Shown here piece by piece: positions 50,101-64,000 of a stretch of DNA of 64,000 nt. The notes under the pieces were generated by a model. It was given only the letters and a program-made list of their open reading frames with translations. It was not told where the DNA came from and did no database searches. This stretch comes from Fimicolochytrium jonesii (Eukaryota), in assembly GCF_025526975.1 (NCBI RefSeq), contig NW_026515703.1, positions 124,001 to 188,000 of the forward strand, given 5' to 3'. Position 1 is the first letter of the stretch, and every line of letters starts with the position of its first letter. The position numbers and the translations under genes are program-made.

Positions 50101-52075
50101 ACGGGTGAATCGGTCATGGAGAACGGTAGTGTCGACACGTTATTGAACCCTATTGTAACTTCATGCCATATGGGGGCGCTCGATGGTGGGAAAGGAGTCC
50201 CATCGACCGGACGTCCGCGCAGGCAGGAGATCGCGATCCGGTACACGAGGTGTCAGTAGTGACTGAGCTCGTCGGAAACTCCATGAAACTTCGTGCCATC
50301 GAGGCAGATCCCGTGAGGGTTGAAGTGGGCTGATTGCTTGCTGGGTTTTGGTTTACGGGATGTAATCTGCATACCACGACCTGATTCCGGATGTTCAACA
50401 AGTAAGGACTGAGAGATTCGCCCCATTGTAGCTTCATTCTCTTGTGCGGCTCGCTAGTCGAAGAGGAGTCGTAGCATACGCCCCTACATTGAGGTAAGGG
50501 CGGATGACGATATCTCGGTGAAGACTTTCGAAAATCTCGCCGAGATGGCAGCTAGCGATGATGCAAAGACGTCATCGCTCGCGGTGTTCCAGTGAGAGCT
50601 TCATTGCTCTCGCCGAAGATGCGGGCGATCGTGCATAGAGTCACGGTCGCTCCAGTGTTCCAGAGAGGGTCTACGGGCCCTCGCTGAAAGGGAAGCAAGC
50701 CATCGCGCATAGAGCGCGATCGCTCGCGTTGATTCCAGCGAGACCTTTCTAAGGCCTCGCCGAAACAAAAGCCAGCGATGGTACAGATGGTACTATCGCT
50801 CGCGTATACCGATGCAGAAAAGTGATATTCACTTCTCGCCGGGGACTCCATTGAGGCTTTGTGCCCTTCGTGCCATCGATGCCAGAGACAAGGGTTGAAG
50901 AGGGGCTATTGCGAATTGCGAGAGGCTGCGGGTACAGGTCCTGGTGGAAGATTCGTTTGAATACTATGAGAGACTGGGAGTAATCTCCAACCGGTCATTA
51001 ACCTTACCTTGGTGCGGAGGCTTCGTCGATCAAGGGCAATTTTGTACCGCTATGGGGTTGGGAGGCGTCCTCCACTCCACTCCGTTGCCACTCGTGGTGG
51101 TGGAGGGAGAGGGAGGGACGGAGGGAGAGAGAAAGAGAGAGAAAGGGAAGGAGGGGGTAACTATCGTGTCACATCCGGAGGGAGAGATCCGGCTTCCGAA
51201 CGGTCTTTGACGTGCCGCGGTGGGGTCGGTCGTCTGTTAACAGAGAGATGAACGAAAGAACGAATATCAGTCCGCGAGCTGTGGCATACCCCTCAGCAAT
51301 AGCTAGCATCAACAAGAGGGTATGATACCCAAAATCACCCCATGTAACTCCATGCCTCACACCACCATCCACTGGTCAAAGAGGAGTCCAGCCCATCCTC
51401 GCTCCCAAGAAACAGAAATCAAGCGCCACAACCCTCATAACACTTGTACCGGGGAAGTCGACCCAGCTGAGATCCGCACTTTTGACGTCATGAAGCTCGG
51501 ATGCAACTGAACCGGTTTCCTGCGGCCAGATGCTGCGGAGTTGGGACGGTGATAGACTGCTTCCAGAAAGAAAGGATAGAGTTGGGTCTCCGGAGCACTT
51601 CTTGCCGGTGGAATTGTGATGCGGTGTTGGAGAGGGGAGGAAAGGAGAGGGAGAAGCGGTTGCTCGGCGGATGACTTACTGTGATTGGAAATGGTAATCG
51701 AGGGGCTTGTGGTCGGAGGAGAATGATCTTGAATGGTTGTTGCCCCATGATGCCAGCTTGAAGACCTTGCTGGTCTAAAAGTATAGAGAACAGAATAGGA
51801 AAACACATCAGTCCCAAAGTGCAGGTGTAGGGCGGAATCACGAGACGAGAAACCTAAATCGCCCAAAATACACACCTTCATGCATCACTATCCTCCTGTC
51901 GAAGAGGAACCGTCCGTACTCCGCCAACAAGGGGGGATTGACCGGTTGGGAAGATTGCCACGTGCCCCTGGGTATACGTAACAGGGCGGCGTGGGGCGGT
52001 CGCGGCGCGATTTCCAGTGAATACTTCGTGCCGACGAACTCAATGGATGCGGATGCGGGTTGAAGAAGGGCTTGT

Positions 52076-52076
<1 letters not shown>

Positions 52077-52115
<39 letters not shown>
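52077..52115. repeat. Poly-G tract (others at ~2517-2546, ~10617-10633, ~25950-25967)
   Basis: Long G homopolymer seen directly. Confidence 0.9.
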
Positions 52116-53247
52116 CGTGCGCGCATCGTGCGGGAATCTCGAATAGTACAAAATTTCATTTCATCACGCCGGTCATCAGCATTGAGTGTCCTATCGGACC
52201 CTCCCATCCTCCTCAGGGAGAAGGGCCAGAGGAGGGCCGTTGCTCCATGGAACTTCATGCCTCCTTACAGAATCTCGCCAGTCGAAGAGGAGTAGGCGGA
52301 CGCTGCAGGGTAAAGAAGAGATGGGCACGTGCACATCACCCCGGCCCTGCACAGGCGAAAGGTCGACCCATCTGCGTTCCGCGGTCGCGACGAACTGGCG
52401 GCAGATGCACTTCCGCGTGTTTGTGGCTTACGGGGTGGCGCCGTGACCACCGCTTGATTACCCTGTGGCGTGGCAGGCTCCAGTGCATGCTTACTTCGTG
52501 CTGCCGAAATTGTGGATGAGGAGGTTGAAGAGGAGCGGCTTGGTGGGGTAGGTTTCGTCATGTCGATTATCGAAGAGTCATCTCGATTCTGGTCATCCCC
52601 CCCCCCCCCTCTGGTGTGAGGAGAGAAGGAGGATGATCGAAGGGGATCCACGTCATGGGATCCATACGATCGTCAACGACGGCGGAGCCTACATCGCCTT
52701 CTTGCCACGGTGCTGATCCGTGCGCCGGAGCGACGGCGTTGTGGATTGTGCAGGCCTGCGAATAGAGGAAAGAATATCGTTATCAGCACCAGAATATGAC
52801 GTTGTGTAGACCGATAGGAAGAGACCGAAGTTGGAGGAATAGATGTGCCCCATTGAGCTTCATTCCTCGCATCATGTGATTCGCTGGTGGACGAGGAGTC
52901 CTCAAAGATTGCGCGATGCGGTCAATGCGGCGTGGTATTCAAGCCGGCGGACTCCATTCCGGCAGACTCCCTTTGCAACGTCGTGCCGTTGGATGAGAAG
53001 TGCAGAGGTTGAAGAGGAGAGGGAGAGGGAAGGTGCGTCGACAATGAATACTTACTTGGTTTCGTACCCACCTGGCCCTCTCGGAGTGGGAGGAATGACA
53101 AGGAAGAAGAACCCTCTCGCCCTCTCTCTCCACAATCCCCACTCGCATTTGACAATACACGCGACCTTTTCCCCACGCCCACAGCTGCCCACAGGCACCA
53201 CCAACCCTCGCAAAAGCACAACTGCATCCCGGGGTAGACGGAAAGCA

Positions 53248-54142
<895 letters not shown>

Positions 54143-57100
54143 CTTAGATGTGTAGAAACTCGTAGAGACCATTTCCGTAGAATATCCTAGTGTATTTACA
54201 TACTACCAATCAGCACGGATTTTGTAGCTCTAGGCTGAGACTATCATCGAATACGCCGACGACTCTTTAAGCATCTCCCAAACCGCCTGTATGCTATGGT
54301 CCCATCAGATCAAAACACCCCATGTAACTCCATTCCCCGCATCAGGGATTTCGCCGGTCGAAGTGGAGTCAACCCGCACCCGCCACATTGGCGCAGAGCG
54401 GCGTGGCGACCCGACCTCCAGATGGGAGGACGCGAGGGCGGCGGGGGGTAACTCCAGCGCGCGCACCGTCGTGCCGTCGAGGTCGTATATGTCGAGGTTG
54501 GAGAGGGGTACGGAACGGAGGAGCAATGAACCGATGTGTTTGAGGAGGAGGGGCCGCGAAGGTACTTGACCGGAACTCCCAGTGCGGTCCGTGCTGTTCG
54601 TCGACTTCATGGATCTCGAGGTTGAAGAGAGGTACTGATCGAGTCCTCACCATCGACTGACCGATGTTCCTGGACAGAGAGTGGATGACACTGATCCATT
54701 TGCACGACGTGAATATCCATCATCCACCGTAGGCTTACCAAGTAACTTAGACAGGTAGCAATTACATAAATAGCGGAACATGATATCATACTTGAACAGA
54801 ATCAATCTGCACGGACTTGGAGATCTATACTGCGTACTCTGATTACGCCGGGCCCTGCCATCATCCCATCCAGAACAGTGCCCTAGATAAGTACGCCCCA
54901 TAGACTCCATTCCCCGCATCAGAGATTTCGCCAGTCGAAGCGGAGAACCCGCGACTTTGTCGGCCCGCTCGCTAGAGACCTGTCACATCGCTGCAGGCTG
55001 GAGACCGGTCTCCTGGAGCAGGCCGGCGGCTGGCGGGGGGCTCCAGCGCGCGCACCATCGTGCCGTCGAGGTCATGGGTATTGAGGTTGGAGAGGGGAGT
55101 GTGGTGTCATCAGTACGAATCCGTGATCAGTACGAAACCGTGTCATCAGTACGGATCCGTCACGGCTTATTGAATCCGTGCCAAGCTGGTGTATCCTTCG
55201 TGCCGGTGGCGATCGTGATGGATGAGATCGAAGAGGGAATTGTCGCACCGGGGTGGACAAGGAAAAAGTTCCGTAAACCTTCCAAACAAGTTAGCCAAAG
55301 CATAGTGTCAAAGGAATGAATAGATGGATTCACTTATGTTTTTTTCAAGTGATTTGTATGGATATTTTGCCCCATGTTACTACATTCCTCGCCACCACCG
55401 TAATCTCCAGTCGAAGGGGAACCTTATAATTCCGCAACCCGCGCGTGGCGCGATGCCTTTCTCGTGAAAGGACTACAGCGGATGGCCGGGCTCCTCCCTG
55501 AGGGGCGCTTCGTGCTGTTGATGGTGAGTGGGGAGGTTGTGGAGGGGTGCTTGCGGATGACGACTTCCAGTCGAAGACAGCACCGGATCCAGACGGCGCG
55601 ATGGCCGCGGTGCTCGTGTCGGAGCCTATTAAAGAGGGGGTGGGAGAGGTTGCGACGCCGGGTGCGCGAGTTGGGATGAGGCTTGTAGCTGGAGTTTGGC
55701 AGCGAAGTTGATAGGACGATGAGGTTGGGATGAGGCTTGAGGCCGCGGGTGAGATCGTCGCAAAGAGTGCTTTTCGCTCCATAGACGCGGAGCGGTGATC
55801 GCAGCCGCCGAGCATCCGAGGCATGGAGAGGGGGCGGGGCTCCTGAATACTTCGTGCTGTTGATTTCGATTTGAGGTTGTGGAGGGTAGGATCTTGCGTG
55901 CACTTGTCGTGTTCCGGTGGTGCGCCAACGCTTGTTGCGACATCAGCAAGTGCGCTGGACGCTTTGTTTTCGAAGACAATCGAGGTGAGTTCCTTGAAGG
56001 ACTCCAGATGAAGGCTCAGGCTAACACCCAGTGATGTCGCGTGCACCTGGTCATGCGCAAGAGTGATTATCCGCTTTGTTGTCGGCAGATGGATTGAGGA
56101 GAACATGCCTCTAGAGGAGTGATTGTGCTTATTGCTTCGGTTGCGGAGGCCCAGACAATTTGGTTGGAGGCGGGGATGGAAACTGGTGCATTGCCAGCGT
56201 CTGGACTACCTTTCTCATCCCCGGATACCTGCAGTGGCAGAGGAAGCCCGACATGGGTAATGGATGTGCCGGTGCGCGCGGTTCCTTGGAGAATCCAGGT
56301 TTAAGGATCTGGGGGTACCGACTCCCGAGTGCCTTTGCACTGTGGATTGGTGAGCCTTGAGGTGAAGCGGAGAGGATGTATAGTCCCGTTAGATTCCATC
56401 GGTAATGTCGTTCGTCTGTTGTAAAGTGTGGATTCGCCCCATGTCGCCTCGTTTTCGTATGATGAATCGAGGAGGGAATGTTTTGGAGATGGGAACTTTG
56501 GTTGATGCCTAGTGATATGATCATCCTTCGGGGCTGTGGGATGGGAACACAGATTGATCCCCAGTGATCCTATCATCCACCCGATGTTAACAACCTTCCC
56601 CACATCGCGGCGCCAGTCGAAGAGGATGCCCCATCACTCAATGATCCCTCCTGGATGGCTAATTTTGTGGTTGTGGGATTGACAACCCCGGCGGGGGGGT
56701 CCAGACAGGCTTCGTGCTTTTGTATCGTCGTTGGGCGTGGGGTGGGCGAGGGGTTAATCTCTGGCGCGGCGCCGATAATACTTTGTTGATGATGGAGTTG
56801 GCGAGTCCACTCTCGGTATCGATGGTACCACTTTGGAGCAAACCCGATGCTTGATGAGACTGATGTCCGCCGGTGTCACTTCGTTTCGTAAGATTGACTG
56901 AATAGATGACAGCGTCAAATTCGGTAGTCCCTTTTTGCCCCATTTGCGCTGCATTCTGAACACGGAACCTCCGGGCGAAGAGATGACCTCTTTTATGAGC
57001 CAAGCCCGTCTCGACCGAGGGTCGCTGTATCATTGCGTTAGTGAAAGTCTCCGTGCCTTATTGGGAAAAACACGCGGTTGTGGATTTCAGGATGCCTTCG

Positions 57101-58318
57101 CGCCTCTGATCGTTGGGGTGTTGAGGATGAAGAGGGCGTTGATCTTCCGATGATTCCGTGACTTCGTTTCGTACGACCGACCGGACAGATTGATTTCCGA
57201 TGGTTTGTAGTCGCCCCATTTGTGCCACATGCCGAACACCACGAGAATCAGTGGAAGAGGAAAACCCATGCCGCGCCCAGCGGGAACATCCTCCGCAAAA
57301 GGAGAATGCAAGAGGGGCTTTCCAGAAGGTCTTCATGCTGTTGTACGTGAGGCTGTTGAGGTTGTAGAGGGGGGAGGTTGCGATCCCGTCGCTTGTTGAA
57401 AGAGTGGATATTGGGGTGCTTCGTTCGAGGGAAATGGGCTTGAGGGATTCTGATTGAAAAGAGATTACTTATAAGATGCTAGCCAAATGTTCAAATCAAC
57501 GTGCAACCCAGCTACATACCTCGCCCCACCAGACGGATCTTCAGTCGAAGAGGACTGCTCATCCGTAGTTCACCTTTCTCCACAATGATCGCTATATGGG
57601 TGAGAGCGGAGAGAGTGGGGGAGCCTCCAGGGGGTCTTTGTGCTGATGATCGTAAAAAGGTCCAGGTCGACGAGAGTGGGGATGGTTTTGCCGGCTTCTA
57701 TAGAAGGGATGTATCTAGTCAGGCAGGACTGACTTTGGTTACACCAGTCGAAGAGGACTCCTGGTATTCCGGTATTCGGTGATGTTTCTCCAAAGAGATC
57801 CAATGATTAGCATCGCGTGACAGCTTACGGTGCAGGCCGAGGGTCCAGTTCCTTCGTGCTGATGGTATGGCGGTTGTGGTTAAGCCGACAAGATGGAGTT
57901 GTTGATCCCCATATACCCGCGTGTCTTTGACTGATCGAAGAGGGGATGTCTGTCCGGGAGCAGACATTGCACCACGGACGGTGGGGATGGGGAAAGCCAG
58001 AGCGCCAATACTGCACTACTGGCCGATGGGGTTGAGATAGCCAGATCGCCGAGTACGCCGTCAGGCCGCAGGGCACCTGCGGACTCCGACAACGGGCTGG
58101 CTCTTGAGGAATGGACTGTGCGCCCGTGTTTTGTACGGAGAAAGATTGTCTCAGCGACAATTTGGTTTTGCGGGAATCGGGGTAAGATTTGGTACGCCCC
58201 ATGTTGCTTCGAGTCGTTTTATTGATCGAAGAGTGGCCGACAGAAGGGGTCGGTTTAAAACCGTAAAGATATGGACAGTCGGGCGCAAGAGGAAGAGCGG
58301 AGGAAGAGCGGAGGAAAC

Positions 58319-58401
58319 GGCCAAACTGGCCCGAATGCGGCTCCACGGCCAGAGGGGCTTGAGAGGGAAGGTGGAGCAAACGGCCAAACTGGCCCGAATG
58401 C
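58319..58401. repeat. Direct repeat ACGGCCAAACTGGCCCGAATGC, third copy at ~61357
   Basis: Copies at ~58317 and ~58380, partial copy at ~61357. Confidence 0.85.
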
Positions 58402-59559
58402 AGTCACAGCCCAAACTGATTCGATGGCGAAAAGGAGCGCTGATGACCCGACCGGTGTGTCGTTGGCGAGAAAGCGGCAATCCGGGAGATTGCATCAGGC
58501 AGGGCAACAAAGCAATCGGAAGACTGCGTCAGAAGGAATTAAAGCAATCCGGAGATTGCATCACAGAGCGTTCTTTGACAATCCACGTTGAGTTAGGGTC
58601 TTGACTTGCGGTAGGATCTTGATTTGAAGGAGGGTCTTGATCGACCAGTGTGCAACGCTGACGCCAAGGGTTGGTGAGTAGGTTTCAGCGTCGACCCTTT
58701 CCAGCAATTTTTGACTTACATATGAAGCGCTCCCATACCCCATAATTCTTCGTGTTCGTAGTTACTTGGAGATTTCCTTTCTTCAATCGAATCGAAGAGG
58801 GGTGTTCTAGCTTCATGTCGGTGCGAATTGTGGAGAATTGTTGAATTGGTGGGGATTGTCGAATTGGTGGGGATTGTTGAGGACGGAGTGGCCGGAGCCG
58901 ATTGGATGTTTTCAAGGGGGAGATTTGCGTGGCTAGAGTCGGATGGGTGTTTTGTAGGGGCCATTAGAGAGGTGTAGCGCGACCGGAGCTGGGGGGTTGT
59001 TTTAGAGCGGCCGGAGCCAGGTGAGATGGTTTCGAGTCGAGGTGGCCTTGTTCGGCGAGTGGAAGTGGATTTGCTGATCGAGGTTTGAGGGCTTGTTGAG
59101 CGCGGTTTGGGGGTTTGTTGAGTAGGTTTGTAGGCTTGGTGAGCCTCGACTCCCCAAGATCCTTCCTTTCCTTTTATGGATGGAAGAGGGATCGAACCTT
59201 TATGCGTACTGTATTGCTGGGTAGAAGAGGGCTTGCTGTTTCTTGTTTTGGTTTGATGGCTTGACGGACTATTTTGATGGTGCATTCCCACGGCGGAAGC
59301 AGCAGGCGGGAGACGCGAGGTACATTACTCCATGAGTGACGCTCGCAGTACCGAGTGGGGAACGCACCCAACCTGCCAATGCTCGGCGTGCGGGCAGAAG
59401 GCCATGCACGGAAGAATTCAGAGTGTCGTCCGAGGTTTTCATCGTCTTCCATCGTACACCGATCACTGGCAAAGTTGTCGGGCGGCTGCGTGAAAGGATA
59501 CGCTTGAGAATCAAGTCGTGACCCGGCTTCCGCTTGCGCTATCGTACTTGATCCGTTCA

Positions 59560-61870
59560 TTCTAAATGGTCTCATATCGAGAACACGCCAGGCCCTCGGA
59601 GAAATCAGCGCTGGTGCCCGCCCTCTTTTGAGAGACGGAATGTAGACGATCGTTCTCGGCCCTAAGGTGGGGAAAACGTTCAGTGAATGTCACGTCGAGA
59701 TGCATGGGGACACGTCCTATGCATGAAACTCACGCCTTCACAGCCCAGAATTGGACTGGTGTCCCCTCGCTGAACGAGGGGGAAGGACTCGCATCGAGCC
59801 CTCGACCGCTATGGTCTTTGACTGATTTGATGTTGACATCAACCCGGGATTGTCGACATTGAATCCTGGGTTTGGTATGGAGATAGGAGTTTCATGACCG
59901 ATGGTGAAGCGCATCGTTACCTGGGCCGTTGACCTACGCCAATGTTCCCCATTTGAACTTCCGTACGATTCGACGCAACAGGTGAGGAATGGTCGGACGA
60001 GGGGACGGGCTGGCCTAAGGCCAGCCGTTGCAATCATCTCTCTACAATGATTGTGCAGCCATCTATTGATGACCGCCGCTGATTGTAAAATGATTACGAC
60101 TTGTCGTAGAACTGTCGTGAGTGCAAAGGACCTGCACTCAAATGCTCATTGCTACGTACCTGAGTACTTCTCCGAACGAAAACCCTCCATTGAACGGTCA
60201 TGTCGAGTTCTTTCACTGAGGAGTGAAAGTATGATGGCCATCAGTAAAGCGCAAAAGTGGTGGCAGACTACCAGAGATGTTGACACATTACCTCGAGTGA
60301 CTCCGGAACTCCAGAGACGAGGAGGTTCCTTAGCGGCGCTCCCGGCGCAATGTGCTTGGAATATTCGGAAACGTCATGTCGAGCCCTTGAATCAAAGTGC
60401 ATGCGGTTGGCATCAGTTCAAAAATGATGATGTTGGGAGGACCCGGGGGCCACATACCTAATCGTTGTGAAGACCATCGGGTTTCGAGAGACGAGAGGGC
60501 GCTCCGTCTCACCAGGATGATGAGTAAAAACAGAGACGCCCTCAGAGATGCTGACGAGAGATACATCCGGCGTGCAAGCCAGCCCGAAGATGGTGCGGGT
60601 GGTGACGTGGACGTTGTCAGACCGTCATGTCGGGCCCTTGGCGCAAAAAATGTCAACACATCTTGAATGAATCCAACAAATGAGATGGTACACATTGGCA
60701 ATACCTGCAATCGTGGAGGGTTGGGCGCGAGAGACGAGAGGATGTCTTGCTGAGTAGCGTCGTGGTGTTTCCCTCTGCCGGGAGATTGCCCTGGTAGGGA
60801 CATCCATCGGTTGGATTATGATCCCCCACAGCAGAACAAAGCCTCGCTCACCTCGCGGCAAAACGACCCTCATTGCTGACGTCGATGAAATGTTGGTGAA
60901 GCGCAACAACCGTCATATCAAACCTGTGGCCGTCGCAGTAACTGAAGTGAGTAAAGGAGAATATGAGCGATTGAGCCACATCTGCCAGACCATGACCATG
61001 AGCCGTGAAGCATTTTCAGTCCGAGAGACGACGAGAGTGCCCCGAGTCGTTGGAGCCACCAAGTCTCTCGGGCTTGAAGCCTAAGCGCACCCTCGGAATG
61101 TGGTTGGCGATACCGGTTTGAAGGGCATTGTAATTTGGTAGCTTGAAGCAAACCGCCATATCGAGACCTGCAAGCCGCGGAAGAGATTAACATGAGCAAA
61201 GAGAGGAAGGGGCGGCATTCACATTACCGAAAGCCGTGAGGCGCCATCGGCTCGAGAGGCGAGAGGGGAAAAAGGGACGCCGACTAAAATGGTCCGAACG
61301 TATTTTTCCCCTCAGCGTTGATGGTTGGCACTTAAGATGGGCGCCAAAGTATAGCAACGGCCAAACTGGCCCGAAGCAGGCTTCCGGGTTTGATGATCGT
61401 ATTTTAAGGGTGTTAGATTACTAGCGTGAAGCAGTTGGTAAGAATGACGACAAGTTAGTGTCCGAAGGGTTATGTGAGCCAAGGACTTGAAGCCACCGGT
61501 CATATGGAATGTGAAGAACTCAAAGCAGAACCGAACTTCATGAGTCAACATAATCGTACTCGCTGAAACAGATATTTGGCCACTCACCAAGCATCGAAGC
61601 ATCGTCCGTTCGAGAGACGAGAGGGGGTTGGAATCCCGCTGAATTGATCATTGCAGACACCTCGCCCCCCTGAAAGGAGTCCAGGTGTCAAGAACTTAAC
61701 GTTGTCCGAAAGGGACCGTCATATCAAATACCAGAACCTCGAAAGGTGATCCGGTTCGAGAGACGAGAAGACTCGCGGGCCTTAGACGGGGCGTACCTCC
61801 GGTCTAGACCGTTGATATCTTCATGGGTGAGGGTTATCCGACGAAAGGACCGTCATATCGAACCTGTGAA
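59560..61870 (+). repeat. Second dispersed degenerate repeat family
   Basis: (G)TTCGAGAGACGAG at ~60482, 60727, 61020, 61608, 61754; (GAC)CGTCATRTCR at ~60195, 60372, 60620, 60910, 61715, 61848. Confidence 0.7.
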
Positions 61871-63483
61871 CGAGAAAGTGTGATCACTCGCGTCAATGGT
61901 GAGGAAATGGAAGAGGAGGCGGCGAGGGGGGGTGTTGTACACACCCAGCCGGATATGAGAGTCGAGTCGAAAGTTAAAGCCGGGACGAAGGTGAGGAAAA
62001 GAAGTGGGAGAGGGGGACGGGCGTCCCTTATATATCCTGCTGCTGGAGCTGTTTCTGAAACCGACAGTCTCACATGGCATGTGGGGGGTGGCGAATGAAG
62101 AGCATTGGTCTGCGACAGGGTTGCCGTCGAGAAAGGGACCGTCCCAGCAGTCCCTGGGGTGGAGAATGGAGACCCAGAGCGGAGGGAAAGAGGATGGTTG
62201 TCAAGTCATCGCAGAGTCGCGCTGTCGAAAACCGTCCGTATGTTTAAGCCCGTCATTTGGGAAAGATACCCACTTGGAAGCGATAAAGCAGATTGAACAA
62301 CATTCCGAGTCATCGAGCATTTCTCCTATCTTTTGGGAAGCAGAGTCGGGGCATTGGTAGCGCATGCGCAAATCCCCAGCTACCTTCTGATCCATATCGC
62401 AACGGCGGCAGTGTGCGCGGTGTTTTCGGAGGTGGCTAATCTGTTCACCCTCCCATCAAGCAACCAAATAACCGCAGTGCAGAGCTTTTAATAGAGATCT
62501 GGATCCCTCGATCCACCTCATCCCAAATGCACCGCCGTCAACGTCCGTGTCCGATGGCCGTCCAACAGCTTCGTTGTAGGATGCAAGACTGTAGTCCATA
62601 TGTGTGAATTTTTCGGAGAGGTTGGATGCATGAGCCAGGGTCCAGCATGCATGCATGTACAGTATGCATGTGCAAGTGCAGGACGAGCGCATGTGGTGGT
62701 GCTTTTGTGGTCCTTTTGTGAGATGGAAGACGGAGGGAGAGCAGTCCGACTTGCATGCACACACACACACACACACAGCACAAAAGAGAGCGCAAAGCGC
62801 ATGCGCTGTCACCCCACGATCACGTGCCAGGATGTAGGCGAGAAATAATACCCCACCATAGCGTGTTAATATGATGACACGGTGATCGCCGCCCTCATTT
62901 GAAAGGCCAAACACGATGACCATTGACCCTCAACGCGTGGGTCGCGTGCGTGATTGGCTGGCTGGGCATTAAATCAAGCGAGCCACCCTCCTTCCATTGC
63001 CGTGCATTAATGAAGAGATGATGTTATCTTCCGCATAGCTATTACGGCCCACAAGCGAGTTCCCTATACCTAAGGACTCGCTCTGAGCGAAGAATCCAAA
63101 TGCCATTTTGGGGACCGCCGTGAGAACGACAACAAACTGCAAAGGAAGAGCCCCCAAGCATCCAACAACAACAACAACAACAGCAAGCACTCTTGCAGCA
63201 TACACCCTCACTCGATAGAGCCACCGCCGTATCCCCCTCCGACCCACTCCGCTTAGCACAGAGTGACAGACCCCTCACTCCTTTCACTGCGCTTCCATTC
63301 ACCCCCAGCTTTTCACGCAGCCGTCGGAGATTACTCCTATCACCTACAAGAAAAGGCCGGCCCCTTCGACAATCCCCTAACTAAGCACGACGCCTTCGCC
63401 GGCGAAAACTATTGTAGCTTAGAAAAAAGAAGAGACGAGACTAATAGACTCGCAAACACCACCACCTTCTCCCGTTCTCGAAC

Positions 63484-64000
63484 ATGACGCTGTATAGGCT
63501 GGTCGTATTGGGCGACGGAGGGGTTGGGAAGACTGGTGAGGGAAATGAAAATGGATTCCGTGGGAGAGTTGGGAGATATACTGTTTACTGATGAAGGACT
63601 TTCTTGGAATTTTGATTTTTTCTTGGATTCCCAGCTCTCACCATCCAAGTAAGTCACCGATCGCACAGACCTATTCATTGAAATACCCACTCATTTTCAT
63701 TGTCACAGCTGTGTCTTAACCACTTTGTGGAAACCTACGACCCAACCATCGAAGACTCCTACAGGAAGCAGGTAGTCATCGACGACCAACCTTGTATCCT
63801 GGAAGTGCTGGACACCGCTGGGCAAGAGGAATACACTGCGTACGTTGCGGGAAGCTCTGCGTGGAGATGATGATGGGAGATTGCTTCTGGGAGGATATTT
63901 GAGGGGATTGTGGGAGCTGACGATTTCCGGATGTGTGATTTTCTAGTCTCCGCGACCAATGGATCAGAGATGGGGAAGGGTTCCTACTCGTATACTCGAT
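63484..64000 (+). CDS. RAS2: Ras GTPase (fungal Ras2/RasB type), 5' part; truncated by window end
   Basis: Spliced [83 protein letters not shown]. Confidence 0.95.

Noticed and set aside
58841..58880. 18-bp tandem repeat (GAATTGGTGGGGATTGTY) and nested short repeats at 55103-55162
   Set aside because: Real but short slippage-type repeats with no evidence of function
55345..59575. ORFs of 130-250 aa in the repeat field as real genes
   Set aside because: Low-complexity S/P/T/R translations with repeat boxes falling in shifting frames; no family motifs

Overview
Eukaryotic, intron-rich fungal DNA. A CFAP161-like ciliary gene next to fungal-type Ras2 and Lec1-like genes points to a flagellated (zoosporic, chytrid-like) fungus. 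About 20 genes are supported: La-related protein (partial), fumarase, GATA factor, TFIIS, SET methyltransferase, Vps24, P5C reductase, Sec6, Ate1, CFAP161, aldehyde dehydrogenase, FAM172/Arb2-like, HAUS3-like, Lec1/DUF3818-like, IDI1, Ras (partial) and several unknowns. Three things stand out. (1) A gene-poor block at about 48.3-63.4 kb, interrupted only by IDI1, is built from same-orientation, highly diverged repeat monomers that keep short conserved boxes (e.g. CCAGTCGAAGAGGA). (2) A compositionally distinct convergent pair at 14.4-19.8 kb encodes a six-repeat helical/C2H2 protein, with an in-frame TGA exactly at a conserved Trp, and a ResIII/Irc3-like SF2 helicase. (3) Host exons show a C/A-rich then G/T-rich block skew that the atypical genes lack. 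All calls come from motif recognition by eye; no database searches were run, and splice sites are manual predictions.
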